Positions 21,529 through 32,476 are shown, numbered from the stretch's first letter. The stretch: DNA of 64,000 nt from an uncultured Chlamydiae bacterium (GCA_963830365.1 CAWHMU010000027.1:1-64000); one strand, 5' to 3'. The notes: generated by a model from the letters alone, not told the origin. Numbers and translations are program-made.

Positions 21529-22479
21529 TTACAATGTCTGGTGCTGCCCGATCTTGCGGAATTTCAGATAACGCTGCTCCAGCAGCACTTCATAGCGGAT
21601 TTTTTTCAACATCTGCCATTGCTCCAAAATGAATTCCTGCACACTCTGGCAGGTGGCCTTTGGATCATGGTGCGCGCCCCCAAGCGGCTCTTTAATAATG
21701 GCATCGACGATGTCCATCTCGAGCATATTCTCCGAATTGAGCTTTAAAGCCGTGGCGGCATCAATATTTTTGCCGGGCTCCTTCCACAGGATCGAAGCAC
21801 AACCTTCCGGCGAGATCACGGAATAGTAGGAATGCTCAAGCATGCCGACGACATCGCCGATGGCCATACCTAAAGCACCGCCCGAGCACCCTTCTCCAAT
21901 CACCACCACAATGATCGGCGTCTGCAGGCGCGCCATGTCGCGCAGATTGCTGGCGATGGCCCAGCCCTGGCCGCGCTCTTCAGCCTCCAAACGAGGATTG
22001 GCACCGGGAGTGTCGATTAATGAAACTACCGGCAGATGAAACCTCTCTGCCAACTTCATCAGACGCATCGCCTTGCGAAATCCTTCGGGATTCAACATGC
22101 CAAAATTGTGATGGATGCGGCTTTCCGTGTCATGCCCTTTTTCTTGTCCGATCAATACGCAGCGCATATCGCCGATTTTTGCCAACCCTCCGATAATCGA
22201 ATAGTCATCGCCAAATGCCCGGTCGCCACATAGCTCCTGGAAGCTGCTACACATGTTCTTAATGTAGTCGCTGGTATGCGGACGGGAAGGATGGCGGCAG
22301 ATCATGATCCTCTGCCAAGGATTGAGCTCGGCATAGACGTTTTGCTTGAGCTGGACAAGCTTTTGCTCAAGCTTTCTGATTTCGCTATTGAAAAGAGGGT
22401 TGTCCTGATTCTGCTTTTTCAAATGTTCAATGGTCTTGACATACTCATTGATTTGCTTTTCATGCGGCAAAATATCCAA
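21529..22479 (-). CDS. accA: Acetyl-CoA carboxylase carboxyltransferase alpha subunit
   Basis: [49 protein letters not shown]. Confidence 0.97.
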   Translation of the reverse strand: MDILPHEKQINEYVKTIEHLKKQNQDNPLFNSEIRKLEQKLVQLKQNVYAELNPWQRIMICRHPSRPHTSDYIKNMCSSFQELCGDRAFGDDYSIIGGLAKIGDMRCVLIGQEKGHDTESRIHHNFGMLNPEGFRKAMRLMKLAERFHLPVVSLIDTPGANPRLEAEERGQGWAIASNLRDMARLQTPIIVVVIGEGCSGGALGMAIGDVVGMLEHSYYSVISPEGCASILWKEPGKNIDAATALKLNSENMLEMDIVDAIIKEPLGGAHHDPKATCQSVQEFILEQWQMLKKIRYEVLLEQRYLKFRKIGQHQTL

Positions 22480-22535
22480 AATAAAAATCCTCGCAATATA
22501 TTTCTAAGGCGCTGCATGTTCAGCGCCGGGCATTT

Positions 22536-23564
22536 CTAAGGCGCTGCGTGTTCAGCGCCGGGCATCTTAGCTTCATAAAAATCTTTGACCAGCTCAATCG
22601 TCGTCGGCCGGGTGACAATAATTGCAAACAACTCTTCCATATCCTGTGTCGCTAGGCGGACGCAGCCGTCGCTTTCGTATTTCCCAAGGCTTTCACTATT
22701 CTCGGCCAGCTCCCCTTTGCTATTGGGCAGCCAAGGCACGCCATGGATGCCGAAGCCGACAGCCGGCGCTGTACAATCGCTAATTTCCTTCTCGAAAGGC
22801 ACCCAGCGCGTACCGAAAACGCGGATCATCTCTGTTTTCTGCCCATTGTAAAATCCGGTCACCTTGGGTTTATAAATGGCAATTTTATTGCCCAAACTAA
22901 ATTTTCCAAGCGGTGTCAGCATGCCGGAAGTCTTGGAACTGTCGATGCGTCCAAGCCCTACCAAATAGGTTTTGAGCAAAACGCGCTCATTGGTCTCTAA
23001 ATCAAGGTAATAAAACCACATCTTGCTGCGCGAGGTGTCAATCAATAAATAAAAATTTATCTTCTTGTCGGTGTGTAATACGTTAAAACGATCCCCTTCG
23101 GCGATGTCTTGCTTAAAATAATCCCGCTTGCCGTTCAGGCTGCGCGCAATGAAATGCCTTGACGTAGAATAGTGGGCGGCATAATCGGACAACCAGGCCG
23201 GACGCCCTTTTTGCCAGGCCACACGGCTCTTGTAGGTGATCGTCTGCACAATGGGCAGCTTGGGATCCCCCTTGTTGAACAGCTCATCGATGCGGTTGGC
23301 CTCCGGCAATTCAGCGGCCGACCGCCTTTGCACCGCAGGAGATGGCGCAGCCGTCGGCTGGGCACTGGCTATGATTTTAGGCGGCGGGGGCGACACCACG
23401 CGGATTTCTTGACGAATTTCCTGATCCAACTCTATCTCCAACGGCGCCTGGCGTGCCAAATCGATGGCTGGCGCCGCCGTTTTGCCACCTTTGAACAGCG
23501 CTGCCATGGCAATCACGCTGAATAATATGCAAGCCACTAGAGCTAAAAGTCTTGGAAAAGTCAT
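22536..23564 (-). CDS. L,D-transpeptidase (YkuD) family protein with N-terminal signal/anchor
   Basis: TPLGKF, FGTRW, GIHG...SDGCVRL catalytic His/Cys motif. Confidence 0.85.
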   Translation of the reverse strand: MTFPRLLALVACILFSVIAMAALFKGGKTAAPAIDLARQAPLEIELDQEIRQEIRVVSPPPPKIIASAQPTAAPSPAVQRRSAAELPEANRIDELFNKGDPKLPIVQTITYKSRVAWQKGRPAWLSDYAAHYSTSRHFIARSLNGKRDYFKQDIAEGDRFNVLHTDKKINFYLLIDTSRSKMWFYYLDLETNERVLLKTYLVGLGRIDSSKTSGMLTPLGKFSLGNKIAIYKPKVTGFYNGQKTEMIRVFGTRWVPFEKEISDCTAPAVGFGIHGVPWLPNSKGELAENSESLGKYESDGCVRLATQDMEELFAIIVTRPTTIELVKDFYEAKMPGAEHAAP

Positions 23565-23707
23565 AATATCATCTTTTTCTTAATCGTTAATAGTAGAATC
23601 ATAAAGGGTTACAAAAAAAGATGAAAGCAGAAAAGCGAAAGAGATGACAGTGTCTTTTGATTAAAGCCCTGAGAAAAATGAACGATTCGGCTTTTAGCTT
23701 TCTTTGG

Positions 23708-25225
23708 TTATGCCAGCTGCCAGCGGTAACACTCTTCTGCGCCGCTGCATTGGTAGGCGATGAGAAAGTCAGCCCCCCAAAAATTCTGCCCCCCGCCCAG
23801 TGGTATCACCTGCATCTGGCCGCTTGTATGGCCGGCTTCAAGCATAAGCACCGCCTGACACCCTTTCAATTGCACCGGACAAACTGCACCCTGATAGCGC
23901 TGAAATGAACGCGGTGCTATGACTTGCGTCCCCCCCACCAAACAACTGGCGGCCTTGACAAAGAAGACAAAAGCAAAATCCGTGGGTTCGAAAATTCCGT
24001 TGAAAGCCGTCTCTATGCACAGATGCCCTTTTTGAAATTCCAGCCTGGTATCAATCCAGATGCCGCCGGGATCTCCTTGGCGAAATCCAGCCAGCGACTG
24101 CATCGCCTTTGGACGCGCCGCCATGCGCGCCACGCCTTCGATGGTAAAGACCCCCTCAGCCGCCGCCACGGACTTCACACGTCCTGCCAGCAGCCTGCCG
24201 CCCCCTTCCAGTCCAAAGCCCAGACAATTCCCGAGCGGCAGATGCTGCGGTCCGAAATTCACCACTTGTATGTCGCCGTGATGCATACATCCCATGCCGG
24301 AACCGCCTCCGTACAATGTAGCCACAGCACTGCTATCTGCCCCGCGGCAGCCCGCCATCGCCAGATAGCTGTCGTCAAAAGCCTCAGGCAAATGAAAGTC
24401 GGCAGCGGCCACCGCCGCAAAATGCCTGCCGAACCACGTCCCCAACGTCAACATATGCCCGTTAAGCACTCCAGCCGACTGCCCCATCAATGCCGTCAGG
24501 CGGCTCAGCTGCTTTTCGGCACAGCAGGCCATATCAGCCCTTGCCGAAGTGCGCGCTACGGCATCAAAAAGCACAAAATTATTGCTGACGAGCGATAGCT
24601 CCGAGGCGTCGCCCTCCTGCGAAAATAGACCGGCAAAAGGCAAAAAATCATGATCCAGCACATTTTGCTGCCATTGCGCCAGCATCTCGGCGGCCTTAAG
24701 GAAGCGCTTATTTCCCGTCAGCGCGCCATACAGACACCATAGCGTGCCAAGTTCAGCATGAAACAGCGGATGGGGAATATCCCCCCACGCCCAGTGGCCG
24801 CCGCCTTCCAATGGGCAGGCGCCGCTCGGAAATTGGCAAAGCGTAAGCTCTTTCACCGGCTGCTCAAGCAAAACCCCCATCAAGGCCTGGTAGGCGGAAA
24901 GCAGCTGAAATTCCGCCCACAATGCGATGTGGTTAAGATACTGTACGCGCTTGATAATTAAAGGCTTGAATACCGAATGCAGTTCGCGATCGCGCACGAT
25001 CAGCATCACCGTCAATAATTCCCGCCATTGGTCAACAAGATCCCACGGAGAATCCTGTTGCAAAATATTGGCTTCGCAAGCGAATACCTGCTCAATCAGT
25101 TCGCCATCGAAAACGTCATCCTTGAGATAGGCATCCACAAATTTTCCAAAAGGCGTCGCCGATTGGATATCGACAGGACATTGCTGGTATATTGTTCGTA
25201 AACAAGATACAGCTGTCATCAGCAA
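23708..25225 (-). CDS. Hypothetical protein (chlamydial conserved position between accA and ihfA)
   Basis: 505-aa ORF overlapping the ihfA stop; ends FWGADFL. Confidence 0.7.
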   Translation of the reverse strand: MLMTAVSCLRTIYQQCPVDIQSATPFGKFVDAYLKDDVFDGELIEQVFACEANILQQDSPWDLVDQWRELLTVMLIVRDRELHSVFKPLIIKRVQYLNHIALWAEFQLLSAYQALMGVLLEQPVKELTLCQFPSGACPLEGGGHWAWGDIPHPLFHAELGTLWCLYGALTGNKRFLKAAEMLAQWQQNVLDHDFLPFAGLFSQEGDASELSLVSNNFVLFDAVARTSARADMACCAEKQLSRLTALMGQSAGVLNGHMLTLGTWFGRHFAAVAAADFHLPEAFDDSYLAMAGCRGADSSAVATLYGGGSGMGCMHHGDIQVVNFGPQHLPLGNCLGFGLEGGGRLLAGRVKSVAAAEGVFTIEGVARMAARPKAMQSLAGFRQGDPGGIWIDTRLEFQKGHLCIETAFNGIFEPTDFAFVFFVKAASCLVGGTQVIAPRSFQRYQGAVCPVQLKGCQAVLMLEAGHTSGQMQVIPLGGGQNFWGADFLIAYQCSGAEECYRWQLA

Positions 25226-25578
25226 ATGCCGACAAGCTCACGCTCGCGGAGGTTGCGACGAACGGGTTGCTTTTCTTTGGTTTCAATGCGTTTGCGCATC
25301 TTTTTACCGGGGGTGAATTTCACGGCATTGCGTGCCGGAATGATGATGGGTTCGGCGGCTTTTTTAGGATTGCGGCCGATCTTCTGCTTGCGTTCGACAA
25401 CTTCAAAAACGCCAAAATCGCGAAATTCCAACCGATCCCCTTCTGCCAGGCAATCGGTCATTTTATCAAGAAACGCTTGGATGACGTGACGCACATCATT
25501 GGGGTGGATCCCTTTTTCCTGTGAAATTGAATTGATCAGTTTCTTTTTTGTCATTGTGCAATTCGTCATTGTGGTCAT
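25219..25578 (-). CDS. ihfA: Integration host factor / HU family DNA-binding protein
   Basis: MTKKKLI, LEFRDFGVF, GRNPK, VKFTPGK. Confidence 0.9.
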   Translation of the reverse strand: MTTMTNCTMTKKKLINSISQEKGIHPNDVRHVIQAFLDKMTDCLAEGDRLEFRDFGVFEVVERKQKIGRNPKKAAEPIIIPARNAVKFTPGKKMRKRIETKEKQPVRRNLRERELVGIC

Positions 25579-25916
25579 AAAGCTAAAACTCCTTAATTTT
25601 TTTATGCAAAACACCTTAATTTATTCACAGACCAGCGCGACGGCTGTCCGTATGTCTTTTTATCCCTGCTAACCTCACCGGAAATATCCGGTCTCGATAC
25701 CCCCATTCACCCCACTCTTTCTCCCCACTATTGGTGGGCGCTTGATTTAAAAAAATCCACCACCATAGAGCCCATAGAGAGGAGCTTGCCATAAGCAATC
25801 AACTTTTTTAACCAAACAGCTAAACAGGGGCGCCGGTCATTAAATAATAATTTACCAGCATTCCCATCATAGACAATCGCATTTTCGTTTCAAGAAAATT
25901 TTATTTTTTTTTTGAT

Positions 25917-27194
25917 CTATCTATCTAAAATTCTGATCAATACCTTGTTTTTTTTGCCAGTCGCCAACAATAACAGGCGGCCGTCAATCAAATCCTTGTC
26001 TTCAATGCTGCCGTTCTCATCAGTGATCTTCTCATTATTGAGATAAACGCCGCCATTGCGAATCAAACGCCTAGCCTCGCCCTTGCTCGACTGCAGCCCC
26101 ACTTTGGAGATGATGTCGACAACTTTCTGTCCTACGACCTCATGCAAAGTCAGCTGATGGCTTGGCATATCATGTGAAATGCTTTCCAGCACTGCCGCAT
26201 CCAGCGCCGTTTCAGCACCTGGCGCGGCCCCCTTGGTCACCCGCAAAGCGATGTTTAGACCCTCTTCACCATGCACCAGGCGGGTCATTTCCTCTGCCAA
26301 ACGTTTCTGCACCGTATTAGGAAGGTAATCGGCACGCTGCATCATGGCTTCATATTCCTTGATTTCGGACATCTCGATAAAAGTCAGCAAGCGCATCAGT
26401 TTTATCACATCGGCATCGGTTACGCGCACCAGATATTGGTAAAACTCATAAGGGGAAAAACGCTCCGGAGATAGCCAGACAGCACCTTTTTCAGACTTAC
26501 CGAATTTCTGCCCGTCGCTGCGTGTCAACAAGGGGAAGGTAATCCCATAGGCATGCTTGCCGCGCATCTTGCGGATAAGCTCCGTGCCGGCGGTGATATT
26601 GCCCCATTGGTCGCTGCCGCCGATTTGCACGCTTACGCCATAGTGATCGAAAAGATGCAGGAAATCGTAACCTTGCAGCAGCTGGTAGCTGAATTCGGTA
26701 AAGCTCATGCCCTCTTCACTATTCATTCTGAGCCTGACTGAGTCTTTTGCCAGCATCGGGCCGATGCGGAAATATTTGCCCACATCGCGCAGGAAATTCA
26801 CAAAGGAGAAGCCTTTAAACCAATCCAGGTTGTTCAAAATCTGCGGCGGATTGTCCTTGCGGTTGAAGTCCAGCAGCGTTTTAAGATTTGTGCTGATGCC
26901 GGCGAGGTTATGCTCAATGGTGGCCTCATCCAGCAACTGCCGTTCCGTGCTCTTGCCCGAAGGATCACCGATCATGCCCGTTGCCCCGCCCACAATAGCC
27001 ACCGGCGTATGCCCGAAGCGCTGGAACCAGGCCAGCCCCATCAAAGCCACCATATGGCCAAGATGCAGGCTATCTCCGGTGGGATCGAATCCACAATACA
27101 CCTTAAATGGTTTTTCGGCAATGTCGCGCAACTCATCGCTCGTCATGGCGTCGATAAAACCACGCTCTTTCAATATATCTATGACATTAGGCAT
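25917..27194 (-). CDS. tyrS: Tyrosine--tRNA ligase
   Basis: YCGFDPTGDSLHLGH, GGSDQWGN, KFGKS, C-terminal S4 domain; start set at MPNVIDIL. Confidence 0.97.
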   Translation of the reverse strand: MPNVIDILKERGFIDAMTSDELRDIAEKPFKVYCGFDPTGDSLHLGHMVALMGLAWFQRFGHTPVAIVGGATGMIGDPSGKSTERQLLDEATIEHNLAGISTNLKTLLDFNRKDNPPQILNNLDWFKGFSFVNFLRDVGKYFRIGPMLAKDSVRLRMNSEEGMSFTEFSYQLLQGYDFLHLFDHYGVSVQIGGSDQWGNITAGTELIRKMRGKHAYGITFPLLTRSDGQKFGKSEKGAVWLSPERFSPYEFYQYLVRVTDADVIKLMRLLTFIEMSEIKEYEAMMQRADYLPNTVQKRLAEEMTRLVHGEEGLNIALRVTKGAAPGAETALDAAVLESISHDMPSHQLTLHEVVGQKVVDIISKVGLQSSKGEARRLIRNGGVYLNNEKITDENGSIEDKDLIDGRLLLLATGKKNKVLIRILDR

Positions 27195-27231
27195 ACAGCC
27201 AATCCTGGATAAAAATAAAAAACACCATAGC

Positions 27232-27377
27232 GACATTCACCACAGAGACACAGAGACATAGAGAAGCAAACAGCTAAAGTAAACAAGCCAGAGCTTAAAC
27301 CACCGGAAATATTCATCCAGAAGTCAATTTCCCCGCCGTCCTTTTCTCTGTGTCTCTGTGCCTCTGTGGTGAATGTC
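27232..27377. repeat. CACAGAG-type inverted repeat pair
   Basis: GACATTCACCACAGAGACACAGAGACATAGAGAA ... TTCTCTGTGTCTCTGTGCCTCTGTGGTGAATGTC. Confidence 0.8.
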
Positions 27378-27536
27378 TTCCGCAAGCCATGCCATTTTCC
27401 CGTTTTAAGTAATTTTCTGTCAATGCTCTACAAACATTTCGCACCAAATTTCGCCGGAATGGCACAATAAATTTAATTTATGCTAAAGTAAATTTTGACA
27501 ATCGATATCCTTTTTTTTTAACCCAGGTAGTTTGGT

Positions 27537-27869
27537 ATGTCCACCACCAATAAAGCCAAAGAAAGTCCGCAAATCCTAAAAGCGCGCCAAAAACTCCAAA
27601 AGCACCTGGCAGCCGCCGACAAACATGTCAATCCAGACGCCATCAAGGCCATGAAGCGCCTTATCGAACGCCAACTGACACGTAAACAGCCCGATAGAAT
27701 CGATTTGAAAGCCAAGAACGTCACGCTCTTTGACGAAAACAAACACCCGGCTAAATCGCAAAGCAAATTCGTGTCAGGCCTTTTGCGCCAGCTGAAACAT
27801 CCATCCCCAAAGAAAAAGCCTAAACAACTCGAAGGCCGAGTCAAAGCCATTCCAGAAAATGAAAAATAA
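27537..27869 (+). CDS. Small basic hypothetical protein
   Basis: 110-aa Lys-rich ORF overlapping the rpiA start. Confidence 0.55.
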   Translation: MSTTNKAKESPQILKARQKLQKHLAAADKHVNPDAIKAMKRLIERQLTRKQPDRIDLKAKNVTLFDENKHPAKSQSKFVSGLLRQLKHPSPKKKPKQLEGRVKAIPENEK

Positions 27870-28554
27870 AAAAATTAAAGAAATCGCCAAACAAGCCGCC
27901 GGCAAAGCCGCCGCCGCCCTTATCCAGCCTAACATGCTCGTCGGCCTCGGCACCGGCTCCACCGCCTTTTACTTCATCGAAGCGCTGATCGAACGCTGCC
28001 GCTCAAACGGCCTCAAAATCTCCGCCGTCGCCACCTCCCAGGCCAGCGCCGCACAAGCCACGGCCGGCGGCATCCCCCTCTACGACATCAATCGCGTCAC
28101 CAGCCTCGATATCACCGTCGATGGCGCCGATGAAATCGACCACCAAAAACGCATGATCAAAGGCGGCGGCGGCGCCCTTTTGCGCGAAAAAATCCTGGCC
28201 AGCATCAGCCGCGAAATGGTCGTCATCATCGACGAAGATAAACTCGTCGACCAACTAGGCGTCTTCCCCCTGCCCATCGAAATCGTACCCTTTGCCAATC
28301 AACTCACCCTCTACCGCGTGGGCAAGCTCGGCTACCAGGGTGCCTTCCGCCGCACTTCCAAGGGGGAACTGTATGTCACAGACAATGGCAACTACATCAT
28401 CGACATCACCTTCCCCCAAGGCTGCCAGTCGCCCGAACACGACCAGGCCATCCTGCGCGCCCTTCCCGGCGTGATCGAGACAGGCTTCTTCTTTAACCTG
28501 GCCGGCAGGGTCATCGTCGGCAAGGCCAATGGCACAGTGAAAATCATCCCCTAA
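27859..28554 (+). CDS. rpiA: Ribose-5-phosphate isomerase A
   Basis: GLGTGST, DGADE, IKGGGGALLREK, TDNGNYIID. Confidence 0.97.
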   Translation: MKNKKIKEIAKQAAGKAAAALIQPNMLVGLGTGSTAFYFIEALIERCRSNGLKISAVATSQASAAQATAGGIPLYDINRVTSLDITVDGADEIDHQKRMIKGGGGALLREKILASISREMVVIIDEDKLVDQLGVFPLPIEIVPFANQLTLYRVGKLGYQGAFRRTSKGELYVTDNGNYIIDITFPQGCQSPEHDQAILRALPGVIETGFFFNLAGRVIVGKANGTVKIIP

Positions 28555-28582
28555 GCTATAAGCTCAGCATTCGTTATGTATC

Positions 28583-28950
28583 ATAGCGTGCCTTCGATTC
28601 AACGCAAAGCAACAGCCAAGAACGCAAAGCCGCAAAGGAAGGCAGTTTACCACAGAGGCACAGAGACACAGAGGAGCAAACAAACGCAAGCCGTAGCAGA
28701 GCGGAAGACAGGTTCCAATCACAGCTAAAGCGTCATGGCTATACGGCAAGCTTTAGCTGTGAGGCATGCCCCTCGGATTGCCTAAGCAATCCGAGGGATA
28801 GATAACGCAACCAGATGAAACTCCCCCCATCCGGTGGTGTTTTGCTGTTTTGCTTTCTCTGTGTCTCTGTGCCTCTGTGGTGAATATTTGCTGCTTGCCC
28901 CCTTTGCGTTCTTGGCTGTAGCTTTGCGTTGCATCGACGGCACAGGCTAT
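28583..28950. repeat. Mosaic palindromic intergenic repeat
   Basis: Inverted outer arms (TTCAACGCAAAGCAACAGCCAAGAACGCAAAG / CTTTGCGTTCTTGGCTGTAGCTTTGCGTTG), CACAGAG arms, central CCCTCGGATTGCCTAAGCAATCCGAGGG. Confidence 0.8.
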
Positions 28951-29065
28951 TAGCTAAACACCATGATTGCGAACGACCCTTACCTATACTTTAAAGAAAT
29001 CGTTAGTGACGAATAAATGACGGCTTGCATAAGATGAAGATAAAACCTTCGGCGAGATTTTAGCG

Positions 29066-29482
29066 ATGCTTTCAGAACTGATCCAGCTTTCCTTCGATAA
29101 AATCATGCAGACCCGCGCCTACACGGTAGTGGTGCTGGGCGCGCGCGAAAAGAAATTCGCCATCTATACCGATCCCAGCATCGGCCGCACCTTGCAGATT
29201 TATCTGACAGGCGTTGAAAAGCCCCGCCCTCTGACGCATGATCTGATCAACCTGCTGTTCCAGGGCATGGATGTGAACATCCTTCAAGTCGTTATCAACG
29301 ACCTGCAGGACACCACCTACTTTGCCAGATTGTTTCTTGAACAATATACCAACGGCATCCGCCATATCATCGAAATCGACGCCCGTCCGAGCGACTGCAT
29401 CACCTTGGCGCTGATGAATAACGTGCCGGTATATTGCACACATGAAGTGCTGGACAAAACCATCCCCATCAGCGACGATTGA
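29066..29482 (+). CDS. Bifunctional nuclease (DUF151) family protein
   Basis: RPLTHDL and IDARPSDCITLAL motifs. Confidence 0.9.
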   Translation: MLSELIQLSFDKIMQTRAYTVVVLGAREKKFAIYTDPSIGRTLQIYLTGVEKPRPLTHDLINLLFQGMDVNILQVVINDLQDTTYFARLFLEQYTNGIRHIIEIDARPSDCITLALMNNVPVYCTHEVLDKTIPISDD

Positions 29483-29506
29483 GCCATACCGCGCGCGGCA
29501 TAATGT

Positions 29507-29803
29507 CTAATATTTAATATTGAAATTTTGACGGGCTAAATCCTGAATCGAAGATACGGCATCTTCGGCATCATCACCGATAGCTTCGATGGTAATCTTC
29601 GCCCCTTTGGCAGCTGCCAGCATCAGCACGCCGAGGATTGATTTGGCATTAACCTGGTTGCGCTGATAGACAAGGCGTACTTCCGCTTTGAAGGAAGTGG
29701 CGCATTTGACAATTTCTGTGGACGGACGGGTGTGCAGACCGCGGTCGTTGGCCACAATGAAACACCCCTTGACTTTTGCTTTTTTCGTCGTTGCTTTAAT
29801 CAA
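29507..29803 (-). CDS. ptsH: Phosphocarrier protein HPr
   Basis: GLHTRP, NAKSILGVLMLAA, GDDAEDA. Confidence 0.93.
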   Translation of the reverse strand: MIKATTKKAKVKGCFIVANDRGLHTRPSTEIVKCATSFKAEVRLVYQRNQVNAKSILGVLMLAAAKGAKITIEAIGDDAEDAVSSIQDLARQNFNIKY

Positions 29804-30002
29804 AACAATGCCTCAAACCACACCTAAAGAATGAATGTAAATGATCGCTGATGAAATGTAAAAAACGGCAGCATTTCACTTACGTTTGTGCATACAGGGT
29901 TTCCGTATTTCTTGGCAATTTTTTTTTTAATCAATCCTCTTTAAAATTTTGCCGCACAGATAAATTATACAAGGATTAATACTCCCACTAGCATTTAGCT
30001 AA

Positions 30003-30455
30003 TGGCTTGTGAATCCAATTCACCACCGAGGCACAGAGAAAGCAAACAGCCAAAAATGGCAAAGAAATTTCATCTGCGTCGTTTTATCTATCCCGCGGAT
30101 TGCCTAAGCAATCCGCGGGGCATGCCTCACAGCTAAAGCGCCATGGCTAGATGGCGCTTTAGCTGTGATTGGAGTCAGCCTTCTGCTCTGTTACTGCCTG
30201 CGTTTGTTTGCTCCTCTGTGCCTCTGTGGTAAACTGCCTTCCTTTGCGGCTTTGCGTTGAATCGAAGGCCCAGCCTGTTATCTCAAAGACTAACGGGAGG
30301 ATCCAATCCATCCTTGCCCGTTTATCCTGTCCATCCTGCCATCCTGTTGTGGTGTTTTGCGGCTGGCTTTCTCTGTGCCTCTGTGACTCTGTGGTGAATA
30401 TTGGCTGCTTGCCCTCTTTGCGCCGTTGCGCCTCCTGGCTGCTCCTTTTGTGTTG
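30003..30455. repeat. Mosaic palindromic intergenic repeat
   Basis: Same modules as 28583-28950 in inverted order; core CCCGCGGATTGCCTAAGCAATCCGCGGG. Confidence 0.78.
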
Positions 30456-30547
30456 AATTTTTTTGTACGAGTTCACCCTTTCTTTTGCTTCCGCTTTTTT
30501 CTCGATTCTTCTATTCTGCTGTCATCATCAAATCTATGAGGTTCTCT

Positions 30548-32365
30548 ATGGCTTTAGACCGCTCGCAAGTCGCCCTGCAAGATCAATGGGATGTCGCCGC
30601 CCTCTACCCCGACATCGCGGCCTGGCAAAAGGAATTTGCCGCACTCGTGCCCAGCCACTCCCCCCGCTGGCCAGAACTGGCCAGCTTTAAAGGACGCCTC
30701 GACGAAAGCCCAGAGACGCTAAAAGCCGCCCTCGACAGATTATTTGACATCTCGCGCAAACTCTCCAAACTCTATACCTATGCCCACCTGAGACATGACG
30801 AAGACATCACCCAAGATGAAAACAAGACGGCCTATAACAAGATTTTAGCCGTACTGCACGACCTCAACCAGGAGACATCCTGGTTTGAACCCGAGCTTTT
30901 GGCCTTAAGCGATGAGACGCTCTTCAAATTCCTGAAAGCCACAGCGCTCGCCCCCTACAAATTCCATATCGAAAAGAGCGTGCGCATAAAAAAACACATG
31001 CTATCTCATGAAGGCGAAGAACTGCTGGCCATGGCAGGAAAAGCCCTGCAAGCGCCTCATAAAGCCTTTAGCGCCATCAATGATGCCGACTTCAAATTCG
31101 ACAGCGTCCTGGACTCTGCCGGCCAGGCAAGAGAGCTCACACATGGCTCATATGGCATGTATATGCGCGACAGCGACCGTACGCTGCGTGCCAACACCTT
31201 CAACACGCTGCATGGCAACTACCAAAGCTACGAAAACACCCTTAGCGAACTGCTCAACGGCCAGGTGCAGTCGCATGTCTTCAATGCCAAAGCCCGCAGA
31301 TACCACTCCAGCCTGACCGCCGCCCTCTTCCCAAAAAATATCGATACCGCCGTCTACCATGCCCTCATCAAAGCCGTCAACGACAACATAAAAATCCTGC
31401 ACGGCTATATCGAACTGCGCGAAAAAGTCATGGGCATAGGACAGCTGCACCTCTACGACATGTCCGTGCCGCTGATCCCCGCCGCCGACATCCGCATGCC
31501 ATATAAGGAAGCCGAAGACATCATCATCGCCTCCGTCGCCCCTTTGGGCGCCGACTACCAAAACCTCCTGCGCAAAGGCTTCAAAGAGCAGCGCTGGGTC
31601 GACCGCTACGAAAATAAAAACAAACGCTCCGGCGCCTATTCCAGCGGCTGCTACGACAGTTGCCCCTATATCCTCATGAATTACAAAGACCTGCTCAGGG
31701 ATGTGTTTACGCTGGCACATGAGGCCGGACATAGCATGCACAGCCTGATGAGCCACACCCACCAGCCCTATCAATACAGCGACTACCCGATCTTTTTGGC
31801 CGAAGTGGCCTCGACCTTCAACGAAGAGCTGCTGATGCGCCTCATGCTGGAGCGCGCCAAAGACAAGCAGGAACGCATCTACCTCATCAACCAGAAGATC
31901 GACGACATCCGCGGCACGCTCTTCCGCCAGACGATGTTTGCCGAATTCGAACTGTGGATCCATGAGATGGCCGAACAGAATATCCCCCTCACCCCAAAAC
32001 TGCTAAACGATCAGTACACCCTGCTCAACCGGCGCTACTTCGGCGAGGGCGTGGCCATCGACGATGCCGCCGCCAGCGAATGGGCCCGCATCCCCCATTT
32101 CTACTACAACTTCTACGTCTTCCAATACGCCACCGGCATCAGCGCAGCTTTGGCCCTGGCCGAACGCGTCTGCCATGGCGGCACAAGCGAACGCGAGGAT
32201 TACCTCTCCTTCCTCAAAGGCGGCTGTAGCCACTACCCTATCGAGATGCTCAAAATCGCCGGCGTCGATATGCGCGCACCTGAGCCCGTGGCCGCCGCCA
32301 TCGCCAAATTCGGCGCGCTGGTCGACCAGCTCGGCCGCGAAATGGGTACCCAGCAACAGAATTAG
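30548..32365 (+). CDS. pepF: Oligoendopeptidase F (M3B)
   Basis: WVDRYENKNKRSGAYS, HEAGH zincin motif, EWARIPHFY; start set at MALDRS. Confidence 0.95.
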   Translation: MALDRSQVALQDQWDVAALYPDIAAWQKEFAALVPSHSPRWPELASFKGRLDESPETLKAALDRLFDISRKLSKLYTYAHLRHDEDITQDENKTAYNKILAVLHDLNQETSWFEPELLALSDETLFKFLKATALAPYKFHIEKSVRIKKHMLSHEGEELLAMAGKALQAPHKAFSAINDADFKFDSVLDSAGQARELTHGSYGMYMRDSDRTLRANTFNTLHGNYQSYENTLSELLNGQVQSHVFNAKARRYHSSLTAALFPKNIDTAVYHALIKAVNDNIKILHGYIELREKVMGIGQLHLYDMSVPLIPAADIRMPYKEAEDIIIASVAPLGADYQNLLRKGFKEQRWVDRYENKNKRSGAYSSGCYDSCPYILMNYKDLLRDVFTLAHEAGHSMHSLMSHTHQPYQYSDYPIFLAEVASTFNEELLMRLMLERAKDKQERIYLINQKIDDIRGTLFRQTMFAEFELWIHEMAEQNIPLTPKLLNDQYTLLNRRYFGEGVAIDDAAASEWARIPHFYYNFYVFQYATGISAALALAERVCHGGTSEREDYLSFLKGGCSHYPIEMLKIAGVDMRAPEPVAAAIAKFGALVDQLGREMGTQQQN

Positions 32366-32388
32366 CACTTAAAATGACAATCTGCTAA
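32362..32388. promoter_or_regulatory. CIRCE (HrcA operator) upstream of groES
   Basis: TTAGCACTT-N9-ATCTGCTAA versus consensus TTAGCACTC-N9-GAGTGCTAA; followed by TTGCAC-N17-TATCTT (32397-32425). Confidence 0.8.
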
Positions 32389-32476
32389 ATTTAGCCTTGC
32401 ACAAAATTTTAACCCGCGGTATCTTTAACTTTCAAAAACTTTTAAAACACTTTAAACTTTAAAGGAGACATGCACC

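Noticed and set aside
25620..25860. tRNA, riboswitch or ncRNA upstream of ihfA
   Set aside because: No cloverleaf or recognisable family motif; cannot be supported without a covariance-model search
27380..27475. Additional sigma54 sites (TGGCA motifs near tyrS, ychF and PLD)
   Set aside because: The GG-N10-GC spacing is not met
30159..30547. ORFs with TTEAQRHRE / LCASVV peptides and the N-terminal extension of pepF
   Set aside because: These are translations of the CACAGAG repeat; the same applies at 21181, 27179, 28564, 52391 and 57337
31148..31963. Long antisense ORFs opposite pepF, groEL, mutS and sctV
   Set aside because: Shadow frames caused by strong C/G-ending codon bias in well-supported genes
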